A stretch of 44,549 nucleotides of DNA from Octopus bimaculoides. Lineage: Eukaryota. Below the pieces are notes generated by a model, which saw nothing but the letters and a program-made list of their open reading frames with translations, was not told the origin of the DNA and did no database searches. How positions within the stretch are numbered: position 1 is the stretch's first letter; each line of letters starts with the position of its first letter. The translations under genes were made by a program, and so were the position numbers. This document shows, piece by piece, positions 23,829 to 36,589 of this stretch. The DNA is taken from contig NC_068999.1 of assembly GCF_001194135.2 (NCBI RefSeq), positions 25,995,891 to 26,040,439 on the forward strand, written 5' to 3'.

Positions 23829-24797
23829 AAAATGGGGCCACTCGTGGGTGGGGTGAGTGGTTCCATTTCCATTTTATCATATTCATGTCTTCATACATTC
23901 ATTTCTGTTTTTTTTATATATGTTTTATGTCCCACGTTTTGTTTTGTCACTTCTATGTTAGCCCGCATGGGCATCAAATGCAACAACCATATCAACATAG
24001 ATGTCCTAAACCCATTTTCTGCGTGTACTTAATAACACTACAATGCCAAATTTTGTCTATTTTCAAGAGAAGTCACTACTAGTCACTTTTGAAGTCTTCT
24101 TTGAACAGCCAGGTGTCAGTTTACCGGGAAAGAAACAATCCAGTTATTAATAAAAAGGGTTGGAATTAATGCATGCAAGATTTCACAGCTCTAGTATCAC
24201 TCCTTCATAATTAGCCTATGAACTTTTCAGCCCACCCTCATGTAACACAGCATGGCTATTACATGAGTACAACCAGCATTGTCATCGGACACAAACAGGA
24301 CTAAACAAATCTTTGATTATAATTTTACAACTTAAATGTAGTTGTAAAGGATTTATGTTCATTTTAAAGAGAAGTGGAGATTCACGTACTACCTAGTGAA
24401 CTACTGAGATGCAGATATTTAAAAATATCTCTTGTTACAGGGACTTATAAAGTCTGTATTTAGAACTAGATTCAGTAGTTTTAATCTGAAAATATATTGA
24501 TCCCTCTTTGGATTGGGACTATTTTCAGTTGACTCAGAAAGCTGGTAGCTATTTCCAGTAGAATTTAATCTTTATTGGAAGACACAATGAAACCCTCTGA
24601 ACCGAGAGAACGTCCATTTTTTTTTTTTTTCATTTTAACTAATGATATATGTTTCTAATCATATTTAACGCTTCCAACAGCAATCAATTTGTGGTGAATG
24701 TTTAAAATTATACATTTTCCACAAAAGCAATAAATCTAAAAGTAGCTTCATTCAGGTATTGTTATAGGTTTGATTAAATCCACAAAGATCTGCAGTG

Positions 24798-24835
<38 letters not shown>

Positions 24836-25292
24836 TATATGTATCCACACACACACATATATACATATCAATATATACATATATATAGACATAAATATGT
24901 ATGTGTGTGTATATATATATATCTATATATATATATATATATATATTATAATTTATATTAGGGCATTACTATATAATAATGCCTCACGCTTAGAGGGACT
25001 AAATAAGTCAAAAACTACTTATTTTTGGTAGNNNNNNNNNNNNNNNNNNNNNNNNNNNNNNNNNNNNNNNNNNNNNNNNNNNNNNNNNNNNNNNNNNNNN
25101 NNNNNNNNNNNNNNNNNNNNNNNNNNNNNNNNNNNNNNNNNNNNNNNNNNNNNNNNNNNNNNNNNNNNNNNNNNNNNNNNNNNNNNNNNNNNNNNNNNNN
25201 NNNNNNNNNNNNNNNNNNNNNNNNNNNNNNNNNNTATATATATATGTATTCATGTATGTATGTATGTATATGTGTATGTATGTATACATGCA

Positions 25293-25587
25293 TCTTTTAT
25301 CTTCTATCTTTTACTTGTAACAGTCATTAGACAGTGGCCATGCTGGGACACTGCTTTGAAGAATTTTTAGTCGAATGAATCAATTCCAGTACTTTTTTTT
25401 AAGCCAAGTAATTTTCCTGCTAGGTTACAGGAATGTAAACACACGGACACCAGTTGACATGTGGTAGTGGGGGACAAACATAGACTCAAAGACACTCACA
25501 CAGATATATATATGATGGGCTTCTTTCAGTTTCCATCTACCAAATCCACTCACAAGGTTTTTGGTCAGCCTGAGGCTAAAGCAGAAA
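25293..25587 (-). mobile_element. Degraded SINE (same family as 26233)
   Basis: Reverse complement of the 3' tail (ccagcatggcc...tgactg...taaaaga) and the central region (ttctttcagtttccatctaccaaatccactcacaagg). Confidence 0.75.
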
Positions 25588-25916
25588 CCAATAAATCAAG
25601 GCATGTACATTAAAATAGATATTCTATATATCCTTGGAACCATGTTTATAAAATCATGTGGACACTTCTCTTCATCATCAGCAAGTGATAAACATCAACA
25701 ATATGGCTGAGGGAAGAAAATATTTCAATGAAGTAGCTGCATACTAAATACAAATTACACTCCCACTACTGTATTTTCTATATTTTCCTAAACTTCCAAT
25801 TGTTTTATTGGAATCATCATATATGTGTGTGTATACACAATTAAGGATAAAATCATTATAAAAATAACGATCTTATCAGTGACCAGTATGTAATAAAAAC
25901 ATACAGGTAAGAATTA

Positions 25917-26207
25917 ATATAGATATATAATTATATAGATATAATTATAATTAAGGGTACCGAGAAACAGCACCTATATACTAGAAATAGACATCAAATG
26001 ACTCTAAAACCACTTCATTTTTTTACACTCCATTAGTGTAGGTGCCAAATTTTTTTTATTCATTTATCTCACTTTCAACCTGTGCTAATGGAGTGTAAAA
26101 AAAAATGATGTGGATTTAGAGCCATTTCACATCTATTTCTAGCGTGTATGTGCTATTTTCTCAGTACCCTTAATTATAATTATATCTATATAATTATATA
26201 TCTATAT
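25917..26207. mobile_element. Palindromic MITE-like element (about 120-bp arms, about 45-bp spacer)
   Basis: atatagatatataattatatagatataattataattaagggtac...tacactccattag is mirrored by ctaatggagtgta...gtacccttaattataattatatctatataattatatatctatat. Confidence 0.85.
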
Positions 26208-26232
26208 ATATATTTACATATATATATAACAT

Positions 26233-26631
26233 AGGCGCAGGAGTGGCTGTGTGGTAAGTAGCTTGCTTACCAACCACATGGTTCCAGGTTCAGTCCCACT
26301 GCGTGGCACCTTGGGTAAGTGTCTTCTACTATAGCCTCGGGCCGACCAAAGCCTTGTGAGTGGATTTGGTAGACGGAAACTGAAAGAAGCCTGTCGTATA
26401 TATGTATATATATGTATGTTTGTGTGTCTGTGTTTGTCCCCCCCAACATCACTTGACAACCAATGGTGGTGTGTTTAGGTCCTCGTAACTTAGCGGATCG
26501 GCAAAAGAGACCGATAGAATAAGTACTAGGCACCCAAAGAATAAGTCCTAGGGTCGATTTGCTCGACTAAAGGCGGTGCTCCAGCATGGCTGCAGTCAAA
26601 TGACTGAAACATATAAAAGAGTAAAAGAGTA
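26233..26631 (+). mobile_element. Full-length tRNA-derived SINE (octopus OR/OK-type, CORE-like motif)
   Basis: A-box tggctgtgtggtaag, B-box ggttcagtcc (26287), CORE-like caccttgggtaag, central microsatellite and tail taaaagagtaaaagagta; multiple other copies occur in the window. Confidence 0.9.
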
Positions 26632-27644
26632 TAACTTTTAGTCTTACCGACTGACAAGAATATACTTCTGAAATGTGGTTTTTAAAAAGAGTGAAATTGC
26701 CTATTGTTTAATGACAAGATTTACTCCCACTGCAGCATTTTTATTATTTTCCAAAAATTTCAATGGTAATATTATTTGGAGTTATCTCCTAAACTTCTTG
26801 TTTTTTTTTTATACTAACTGTATGGATAATCTTAGTTAAGTGAGGTTTTTCGTTTCACTGGACTATATATGACACCCTACTATATACGATTAGTGTGAAC
26901 AGTATGAAAGCGCTACTGGTTTGCATGTTTGCACACTAGCATTGCTTCAATTTTCAAAAACTTGCAGAACATAGCAAAACGGCCCAAAAATGTTACCATC
27001 CCATGAGGTTTCCTTCCAATTCCGTTCTGTTTTATAAATAAATGCTGCTACATTTCTTGCCCTTCACTGCTCACCATAATCAAGATTCCATTACATTAAT
27101 ACCCTGGATCATGTGCAGACACACCTCTTACTCCAATTTCATCCAATCAGGAATGGATAAAATTTGATGACCTTTTGACAAGACCTTCCCAAAAGATTAA
27201 GAGGATTTTGTTAGCCTTTTTGGCACAGATTGAAATATTTAATTTTATTGGTCACATGAAACCTATTACATATATATAACATAAAACTTGTCAGAAAATG
27301 TATCTGTTTTATTTTTTGTCAAAATTGCTAGTTTTGGCACATATGTTTGTTTCAGAAAGCTTACATTGAGCTAACTTCCTTCTATAAAATGAATGATTTT
27401 TAACTAGTTCAATAGAATCAGATTAGATGCAGAAGAAACATATTTAGCATGATTTTCAAAAGCTCAATGCACAGACATATTTATATTGATATACACATTA
27501 TGAGAAGATTCTCACACAAACATATATTATAATAGAAGACTACTATTGCACATTGTTATATTAACATACATGTAATATAAAAAGAATGCTCTTACACAAA
27601 CATATTCATATTGACATACATGTATTTATTACGACAAGACAAAT

Positions 27645-27795
27645 CATTCTAAGTTCAAATTCTACCAAGGTTAACATTGCCTTTCATCCTTTCGGGGTAG
27701 ATAAATTAAGTACCAGTCAAGTACTGGGGTTGATGTAATCGACTTAACTACTCCCCACAAATTTCAGGCTTTATGCCTAGAGTAGAAAGGATTAT
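27645..27795 (+). mobile_element. Partial copy of the second SINE family
   Basis: aagttcaaattc...gcctttcatcctttcggggtagataaattaagtacc...gcctagagtagaaaggatt. Confidence 0.75.
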
Positions 27796-27929
27796 GACAA
27801 AACAAATCATTTTATACTCTTATTTGAAATATGTGAATTTCTTCATAAACAGTTTAGTGACATTATGAATGCTACCATATTTTTTGATAACACAGAGGAA
27901 CATTTCAAAAAGAATTTTTGTTGTCTTGC

Positions 27930-29639
27930 TTTTTACAATTAGTCCTACCTAATTTGTTGGTGTTGGGTTCAGAAATACCCCAGAAATTTTCTATCATGTC
28001 AAGGTTTTTGTTAAACAGGAATTCATTTTTTTTACCAAAAAATGTCAATTTTGCCATTAAATGCAATACTGAAATGAGACACTAACACAAACCAAATAGT
28101 ACTTTTTATTGTTTAACAGATATATTACACAAAATGTTTAATTACACATCTTAGAATAGATATTTTTGTCAAACTGGAGTCTGAGCTACTCAAGGAATGA
28201 ACTTTCTCTTTGTTGCTTTATGTGAATAAATTGTATCATGACAGTCTCTTTGCAGTGATCAGCAGTAGACAGCACCATGTTTATGTTCCACCTACCTTGA
28301 TACCTTGTCTCCATGTTCTCGATGTCTTAGTGCAATCTTTTCCCTTGCTCATCACTATTGCCTTAGGATTTTCAAGGAAATAGTCCAGATGACTGTGCAG
28401 GAAATGCACATTTACACTCATGTTGCATCCCAGTGCTCGAAAACTGGTTAACAGGGTCTGCACAAGTTCTTCATAATTTGATGGCTTCCCATTTCTCAGG
28501 AAATCAGATACAACTGCAACAAAAGCATTCCGTCCTTCTTTTTCAATGCCAGACATGGTTTCCAAAAATAGCTCGTCCAGCAGTAGCCACCTAATATGTG
28601 GCCCATCAAACACTCCAACCTTATTTTTCTCACAAGACAAAGTTGGAAACTTTCTGCTTAAGTACTTGAAGCAGTCACTATCTCACTGTTTCAACACATG
28701 TTTTGCACACTATATGGATACCTGAGCTTTGTCTTGTCACCCAGTTTGATGCTAAAGTAAGTAAGGAAGTAAAGTAACCTTTCTTCGTAAAATCTGTGAT
28801 TTTGTTTCCCTGCCTAATCCAGAAATAAGCACAAGACATCAGGACTGCTTTTACATTCTCTTCTCTCACAACTGGCCATATTTCTGAAATAAAAAAACAT
28901 GTTCAAGCCAGTTGTCAGCTGAGAAAGCATTTTCAGAATAGTCAACAGTTATAAAGTAAGCAAATGCAGATTTGTGATGGCAAAGTTCCATAAAAGCATA
29001 CATACCATGAAGTTCTTTGATCATACTTAACAAAAAGTGACCTAGACCCATGTGACCTCACAATCAAAACAGTAAGGGCACATTCAAAATACCAATTTTC
29101 ATAAGAGATAGTTAAAAGTTCAACAAAACATGTCTCATCTAGTTTGCAATGATAGTCACACTAAATTAAGCAAAGTGTGGGCATATCTGCAGATAAATTC
29201 TGTGAATATGAGATGTATGGTGTCAAGGACCACAAAAATATGTTGTTTCTTAATATCCAATTTCTGTCATCATCATAACATTTGAAACTGGTTTGGTTGA
29301 AAATACTGAAAGTTGCTCAAGTTTGATACTTTTTATTTACTAAAGATACTTAAATCATAACTATTGTTTTCATTTTTGTAGTTATGTTTACTTTAAATGA
29401 CATAGAAAAACTATGTTTCCAAAGTTATGTCAAGCACCATACATGGGTTTGTATTTGATGAAGTCAAATCTATCCTTAGAAATGGTGACAATACCAGAAA
29501 TGTTGAAAAATGGTCATCTCAGTTTGTAAAAAATCTCGACGTGATAGAGTAAAATGGATTTCATTTTTGAAATCAGCACTCCTGAATTAGTAGGAAACAT
29601 GTCTCCAACATCAGACAACAAAAACCCTGTTCCCCAGTG
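27930..29639 (-). mobile_element. Degraded DNA transposon, CMC/Chapaev3-like (tentative)
   Basis: TIR cactggggaaca at 29639. The transposase remnant GVFDGPHIR...FLRNGKPSNYEELV...LGCNMSVNVHFLHSHLDYF lies at 28281-28640. The left boundary is approximate. Confidence 0.7.
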
Positions 29640-31205
29640 TAATAGGAATTCTTCCATATAACTGGAATATTATTTTGTTGATATGTACTTATCTAACTTT
29701 TGGTTAATTTTACCATGCATCATCAACTGATACATTTTTATGTCTGATTTGTGCTTTCAGATGTACTCTGATTTTATATTGCACTATGTTGCATACTATA
29801 ATTTTTAGCTTATCTCTTATATATTCTCTTTTGATTAGAATTCTGGTAGGATGAATATAATGTCCTCATATTCATGTCAGTATATTTCAGTATTTTTACC
29901 TCAATTATAATAATACACTATGCTTCTTGCTGTTATTTTATCCTGTACTGTATTTTAGTTTGGACTATTGAGATCAACCTAATTGTTCTTAACAAATTAA
30001 ATGAATTTTGAAATACAATCATTCCACCTATTTGTAATATTTTCCAATTATTAAGTTGCTTTAATTCATTTATTTTTCATTAAAAAACGAATTGCTGTGA
30101 CATTTCCAAACCTTTCCATTTTACTTTAGTTTATCAATATTGACATACTACTACAACCGCTCCTGATACTTTTGTTTGATAAATGTTGACAAATGTTACC
30201 GTCACTTCAACATAACTCTTTGACTTCCTCAAAATTTCTTTCTATTTCATTTTAGTCTCCTACATAATTCTTCAAACTTATTACATTAAACATTCATAGA
30301 TTATTTGTAAAAAAGTTTAATTTGACTAGTAGCACCTATGAAAATTCCACTGTTATTTCTAAAATTGTACAGTGGAATTGTATATGTTTCTGAAGCATTT
30401 GGTACTTGAGATGGTGTAAAAGTTCACCTCAGTAGTATTGTAGATGCAATCTTAAAAAAACAACTTAACTGAAAGCTATATTCTATTGCCTTCTACTTTC
30501 TGAGTTGTTATTTATAATTTTTCACTTTATGTCAAGAAGTAAATGATCTTAACTAAGGAACAAAATCAAAGACACTATCTATAATATATAATATATAATG
30601 TTGTTATTGTATGCTGGTAAAGTTTTAAGAAATGTGGTTACTTGAAAAAAAAGAAAACTATAAAACTGCTGTACCCTAAACCCTCTCATTCTTTCTCTTG
30701 TTAGCAAACATTGTTTATTGTTGTCCATATTCTATAAACAAATATAAGCATCATTTGAGACGACAGTAATTAATTACATTAAAATGCATATATTAAATAA
30801 TGAGTGATATAAAATTTAAAGAAAAAAAACCATAAAAGAACTACACTTTCTATGATCCAGCTACCAATATCCCCACTGACACCACCATAACTTACCAGTA
30901 ACAGGGCTCAGTTCAAGTTATTTGCCAATCAAACTTCTTTTCATTTCAGTTCAGTTCAACAATCTACCTATCTATCTATCTGTCTGTCTGTCTGTCCATC
31001 CATCCGGCCATCTGTCTGTCAATCAATTAATCAATCAATAATATCTACTCTTCTGTTACTTCAACTAACTATTAAACCATGTAACATAATAACCACCACT
31101 TTCTCCTAGCTCTCGCTCCTAACATTCTTCCCTTTCTCTCTCTCTTTTCACCTAACCACATGATAGCATCACACATTTGGTTTTAGTGTATTAATATATA
31201 AATGA

Positions 31206-32913
31206 CGCTGGGAAACAATTTTGAACATAATTTCTGTTGAGTTCATTTTTTTCACTTGACTTAGACTAAAATTAGCAATCTGATTTCAAAATTATAGTCA
31301 GTTTTCTTCTATCTTGTCAATTTTCTTTTTTCCTACAGCTTTCTCTCTGAATAAGCACAATTGTATTGTTTGTCCATAAGTAATAAGACTGGTCAGCTGA
31401 TTGCTTTTATTATTTTATTGAAGAGGAGCAGGAATTTTTCAAAACTGGTGACTTCAGGTTGAGTTTTGAAATGCATGGCAGTTTATAGTCAGTTTCAAAT
31501 CTTCCTCCAAAGAATGTCACAATCATTGAACAATCAGATTCCTCAGCTGGTCTTCAGCACTTAAGACTCAACTTTCTGTCCCAAGATAGAGGCTGAAAGC
31601 TAACTTGGTGCTAAGATGCATGAAATTACATGAATGTGGCCAACATATGGAAGTGACAAACACAACAGTACAAAGGATTTGAAGTTAGGAGGCCAGGAAA
31701 CAGATTTGTGCAGTGGAGAATATATGGCAAGGCTTTGAAGAGAGTGAACTGGTGGTTTGAAGTGTGAAGGAATTCTATTGTGGAGTCCGATACTTATGTC
31801 ATTATGTCTCCATATTTGTGAGGAATACACAGACATAGAGTCATTGAATTGTTGCAATATCATAAACACAATTGGATCATCTGTGATGACCTTAAAATGA
31901 TATGCCTCCTTCCTGATCAGCAATGTGAATACACCGAGATCTCTGCTTTCTGTGCATGTAGGACAACAGAGCTTAAGAAAATCATTGGGTGCAAAAAAGC
32001 ATTGGCCTCCAAGACCTGACCTCAAACCTGATGATCCCCACATTCTACATGAGCCACTTGTTGACATAAAGAAAATTATATTCTCATCTCTGCACATGGG
32101 TCTCGTGAAACAATTCGTTAAAGCATTGCCAGCTGAATGCAACTATCTCAAGTACCTCATTTTGGCATTTCCTGGCCTGTCAACTGAATCAAGGCCAGTG
32201 TGATTGATGGTCTACAGATCCAGCAGCTCATTAAAGATGAACATTTCACTGAGAGAATCTCAGAATTTGAAAAGAATGGTTGGTTATCATTCAAAGACCT
32301 TGACATTAACTTTCCTGGAAATACATGAGTAAAGAATTACACCAAAATTGTCCAAAAACTATTGGAAAGTTACAAACTGCTTAACTGCTGCATGAGTATT
32401 AAGTTGCATTTTCTGCAAAGCCATCTTGCTAACTTCCTGGAAAACTTGGTGACATCAACAGTGTGTAAGATCTGGAGGTCGTGGAGGAAAAATATCAGGG
32501 TAGATGGGTTGTAAATATGATGACTAACTATTTTGGAGCATAAAGTGAAATTGTCCACAGACTGAACACTCCACGCAAAGCTATAAGTATAAATTTTTAC
32601 CTTCACTATTTGCACACAATTTGACTCACAGTAACAATATCCTTTGTGTGAACAAAATAAATCTGTATAAGCATTACAGTCAAGCAATGTTTTATTATTT
32701 TCCATTGTATGTAAATTTTTAAAACTGCCAATAAAATAAGCACAAATTTGTTAGATGCAGTATTTTTATAGTTTTTGAGACAAAGTGAGAGTACCCTATA
32801 GCTCAAAAAGTTGCTTGATACAGAGAAACTTGGGTCATTTTTAGATTTAGAGGCTGAAACTTAATCAAAAACAAATGTCAGATTTAATTCAATGAAAATT
32901 GTGTTCCCCAATG
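31206..32913 (+). mobile_element. Degraded DNA transposon, same Chapaev3-like family
   Basis: Ends cgctgggaaaca / tgttccccaatg. Remnants: WIICDDLK, KKHWPPR...LHMGLVKQFVKAL...FPGLS, DGLQI, MSIKLHFLQSHL, KYQGRW. Confidence 0.75.
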
Positions 32914-32959
32914 TAATACAAAGACTTCAAAAGAGAGTTCACTTATAATAAGTTTCTGA

Positions 32960-33026
32960 CAGCCCCATCTGTTTATTCTCTTAGGGAATTCTCTATTAAC
33001 AGATGTGCCCCAAGACTTTGAATCTC

Positions 33027-33122
<96 letters not shown>

Positions 33123-33800
33123 AGTGACCACCAGTATGGCTTATGCAGAGCTAGATCTACTACAGACCTACTTACTTGACCTACTTGACCACTAGAGACT
33201 TACTACATCACTTGCCAGTTGGTTTTCACTTTAGAGAAGTTTCATGTAAGTAATGTGTTACTATCAGTGAAGCTTTTGTCTGTGTCTGGTATAATATCAG
33301 GGTATATGTTCATAGAGGTCATTCTGACCCACTCTCTATCAACTTTGGTATTCCCCAGGGTTATATTTTGTTTCTCACTCTTTTCTTTCAGAAGAATAAT
33401 GGGCAGCTAGTTGCCACATCCAACAGAGCCAATTCTTTTGCAGATGACAAAACTCTTCATACCTCTCTAGCTTTTTTTAACCATGTATCTTCCGCAACCT
33501 AGATATCACATGTCAAACCAGCTTTGATTCCATGAACAGAAACCTTGAAAGTATTCTTCAGTGGAGCCATACCAAATATCTCACCTTAAAATTAAACACT
33601 ACTCATATCAAGAAAACAACCATTGCACGACTGCACTACATCCCCTCCTAATCACGAGAGGCACTCAGCTAGAGCCCTTCAGATTACTCTAAATGCTGGG
33701 CCTCATACCAAATGCAGTATCTCTACTGGTGAAAGTATATCCTTAGCATATTCAAGACAGCATTCCAAAAAGTGACCCTTCTCTTCACAATGCACTTCTG
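32960..33800 (+). mobile_element. CR1/Jockey-group LINE reverse-transcriptase fragment interrupted by (TC)n
   Basis: Remnants SDHQYG...RSTTDLL, INFGIPQG, FADDKTLH, NLESILQW; (TC)n at about 33023-33122. Confidence 0.7.
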
Positions 33801-33884
33801 CTTCCACATCTAGAACTATATATATATATATATATATATATCTTGTTTCAATCATTAGACTGTAGCCAATGATATATATATATT

Positions 33885-34440
33885 CATGGGATGAAGTGGT
33901 GAAGTATGATCTTCGAACTTTGAGTCACACAGAGGCAATGACTAGTGACCGAAACCTTTGGCAACATGTTGTACTTGAGAAGATATGTCAAGCTAAGTGA
34001 AACTGTAGTCATGTCTGATGCTGGTGTCACATAACTGGTACCCATGCTAGTAGTACGTAAAGAGCACCGTTGGCGCATTGAGCCTCACAGAGGCAAAAGT
34101 GGCTGAGTTCCTTTCGAGTATTGGTCCTCATGGAGGCAAAGTGGCTGAGTTCCTTCTGAGCAGGGTTTCACAGAGGCAATGACCGAAACCTTTGGCATTA
34201 TGTCATGCTTGAGAAGAAGATCCATCAAGCCGAGCAAAATCGCAGTCATGCCAGATACCAGTGTTGTGCTGGTGGCACCCATGCTGGCAGCACATAAAAG
34301 CACCCATTACACTCTCGGAATGGTAGGCGTTAGGAGGGGCATCCAGCTGTAGAAAAGCCTTCCAGCTTACAAGCCTTAGTCAAACCGTCCAGCCCATACC
34401 AGCATGGACAACAGACATTAAATGATGATGATGATGATGA
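33885..34440 (+). mobile_element. 5'-truncated RTE-clade LINE
   Basis: ORF2 end WDEVVKYDLRTLSHTEAMTSDRNLWQHVVLEK, a 3' UTR with two 42-bp units plus a partial third, and a (GAT)n tail. Confidence 0.85.
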
Positions 34441-35602
34441 TATATCATTGTTTCAAGAAATTCCATCAGACCATGCTTGAAAAAATGAACATTAGAATGA
34501 TGATGATATATTTACATGGTGGGGCTATGTGTATACACCAATCTAAAAACCAGTTTTATCTTGTGGCCCTTTATGTCCTGTTTCTTAACAGTTAGACAAA
34601 TAGAAATATTTGAAATATGTGCTGGAGTCAATATGATCAAATCAAAACCCTTCAAAGCAGTGCCCCAGCATAGCAGCAGTCCACTGACTGAAATCAGTAA
34701 AAGCTAAATCAGTAAATCAGTAAAAGCTAAAAAAATATTAATGTCAGTTTTGTTACTTCATGCTATCATGTCATTACACATCCCTTGGTTAACAAACTAC
34801 ATTTTCTGTTTAAGAATAATAATAACAGTTATTATGTCAAGTGTTGAAGAGGCATCTCTCTTCACATTTCTTAGATAGCTCCTTTCACTATTTAGTTCAT
34901 TAGTTTTCATCACACTTTGCTTGTGAACTGGGTATATTCAACCTTCAGTTATTTAAACTGTCTGACTGCCATTAAGTCATATCTTTGTAATGTACTTAAA
35001 ATTGTTTGTTCACCAGTTTAGCTGGAGTCACTTCAGCGACAATAAATTCAGATACAGTCTGTGAGATAATTATATGATGAACTCACAGTGGAATGGATCA
35101 TGTCAAAAATACTCTGCTATTACCTATCATTAACTGCAGATAAATGAAAAATGAGAAGGCAGTTTGCCAGGGGCTTTAAATAAGTTAGTAGAAAAATACA
35201 TTGGGTATATATGTGGGAATAAATAACTGAATGTCTGCTTGGCAAAGGGGGAATTTATAAAATGTAATATAAGAGATCAAGAATGGTCACCAACCTATCA
35301 GTCGAGGGGTTGGCAGTTCATATCCTATCATTGCTCTGCTTCTGGTAAAAATATTATTTCTCAGTGACTTAATTAACCTAACAGTAAACTTGATGAGGCA
35401 CAGTTCATTGATGTAAGCAGAGGTCTTACTGTTTAATTGATATAATTTCTTTAACTTCCAATAAAAATCCTGGAGACATCTAGAAACTACTCTGAGCCTC
35501 ATCTTTCAAATCATTGATAATGTAATCTTTCATGGTGCTTCAGTGACTGAACATCCCTTAAAATGTTTTCACTATTAAAGTGGATGTAAAGATTACTAAG
35601 TT

Positions 35603-36352
35603 TTGTGGGAATCAAATATACAATTAGGTTTGGTACAAGAGAGACAACTGTGCTGGTATGGTCATGTGACGAGTTGTATAAAGAAGTGCCAATCTCTAAC
35701 TGTGGAGGGAACCTGTGGCAGAGGTAGACCCAGGAAGACATGGGACGAGGTTGTGAAGCACCCATGCTGGTGGCACATAAAAAAAGTCAACCTTTGAATG
35801 TTGGGCCTCATGGAGGCAAAATGGCTGAGTACCTTTCAAGTGTTGGGCCTCACGGAGGCATAGTGACTGAGTTCCTTTTGAGCATTGGACCTCATAGAGA
35901 CATAGTGGCTGAGTACCTTTCAAGTGTTGGGCCTCACGGAGGCAAGGTGGCTGAATTTCTTTTGAATGGGCCTCACAGAGGTGAGGTAGCTGAGTTCCTT
36001 TCGAGCATTGGACCTCATTGAGGCAAAGTGGCCAAGCTCCTTTCGAGTGTTGGGCCTCATGGAGGCAATGACCAAGACCTTTGGCATTATGTTGTGCTTA
36101 AGAAGAAGACTCATCAAGCTGAGCAAAACCACAGTCATGACAGATACCAGTGTCATACAAATGGCACCTGTCCCAGTGGCATGTAATAGCCCCCATTACA
36201 CTCTCAGGGTGGTTGGTGTTAGGAAGGGCATCCAACCATAGAAAACCATGCCAAATCAGACTGGTGCTTAGTACAACCTTCCAGCGTGCCAGCCCAGCCA
36301 AACCATCCAACCCATGCCAGCATGGACAACGGACAGTAAATGACGATAATGA
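35603..36352 (+). mobile_element. 5'-truncated RTE-clade LINE with an expanded 42-bp array
   Basis: ERQLCWYGHV...LTVEGTCGRGRPRKTWDEVVK is the characteristic RTE ORF2 C-terminus; the 3' UTR and tail match the 33885 copy. Confidence 0.88.
35801..36067 (+). repeat. 42-bp tandem array (six units plus a partial seventh)
   Basis: Unit starts are 35801, 35843, 35885, 35927, 35966, 36008 and 36050; consensus ttgggcctcacggaggcaaagtggctgagttcctttcgagtg. Confidence 0.92.
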
Positions 36353-36589
36353 TTTTGTCTCTCAGTTTGATCTGCTTCACTAATAGCATAAGCCTTTTGG
36401 GAAAAACATTTATGTCACTATTTCTCATTCCACCTCCTCTGTATAAGGTTTCAAACCCATGCAAGAAACTGTGGTTCTATGTGTGTGTGTTTGCATATAT
36501 GTGTGAACATCAAAAAACACTGATTAGTAAATGGCCAGAGGTTAGTAAAGAATACAATAAGTGTTTCTGCCTTCTCACAACATGATGAA

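Noticed and set aside
26233-26310. tRNA gene
   Set aside because: A and B boxes are present but continue into a SINE body that is repeated many times in the window.
35801-36067. CRISPR-like array
   Set aside because: The units are contiguous diverged tandem repeats without unique spacers, inside a eukaryotic LINE.
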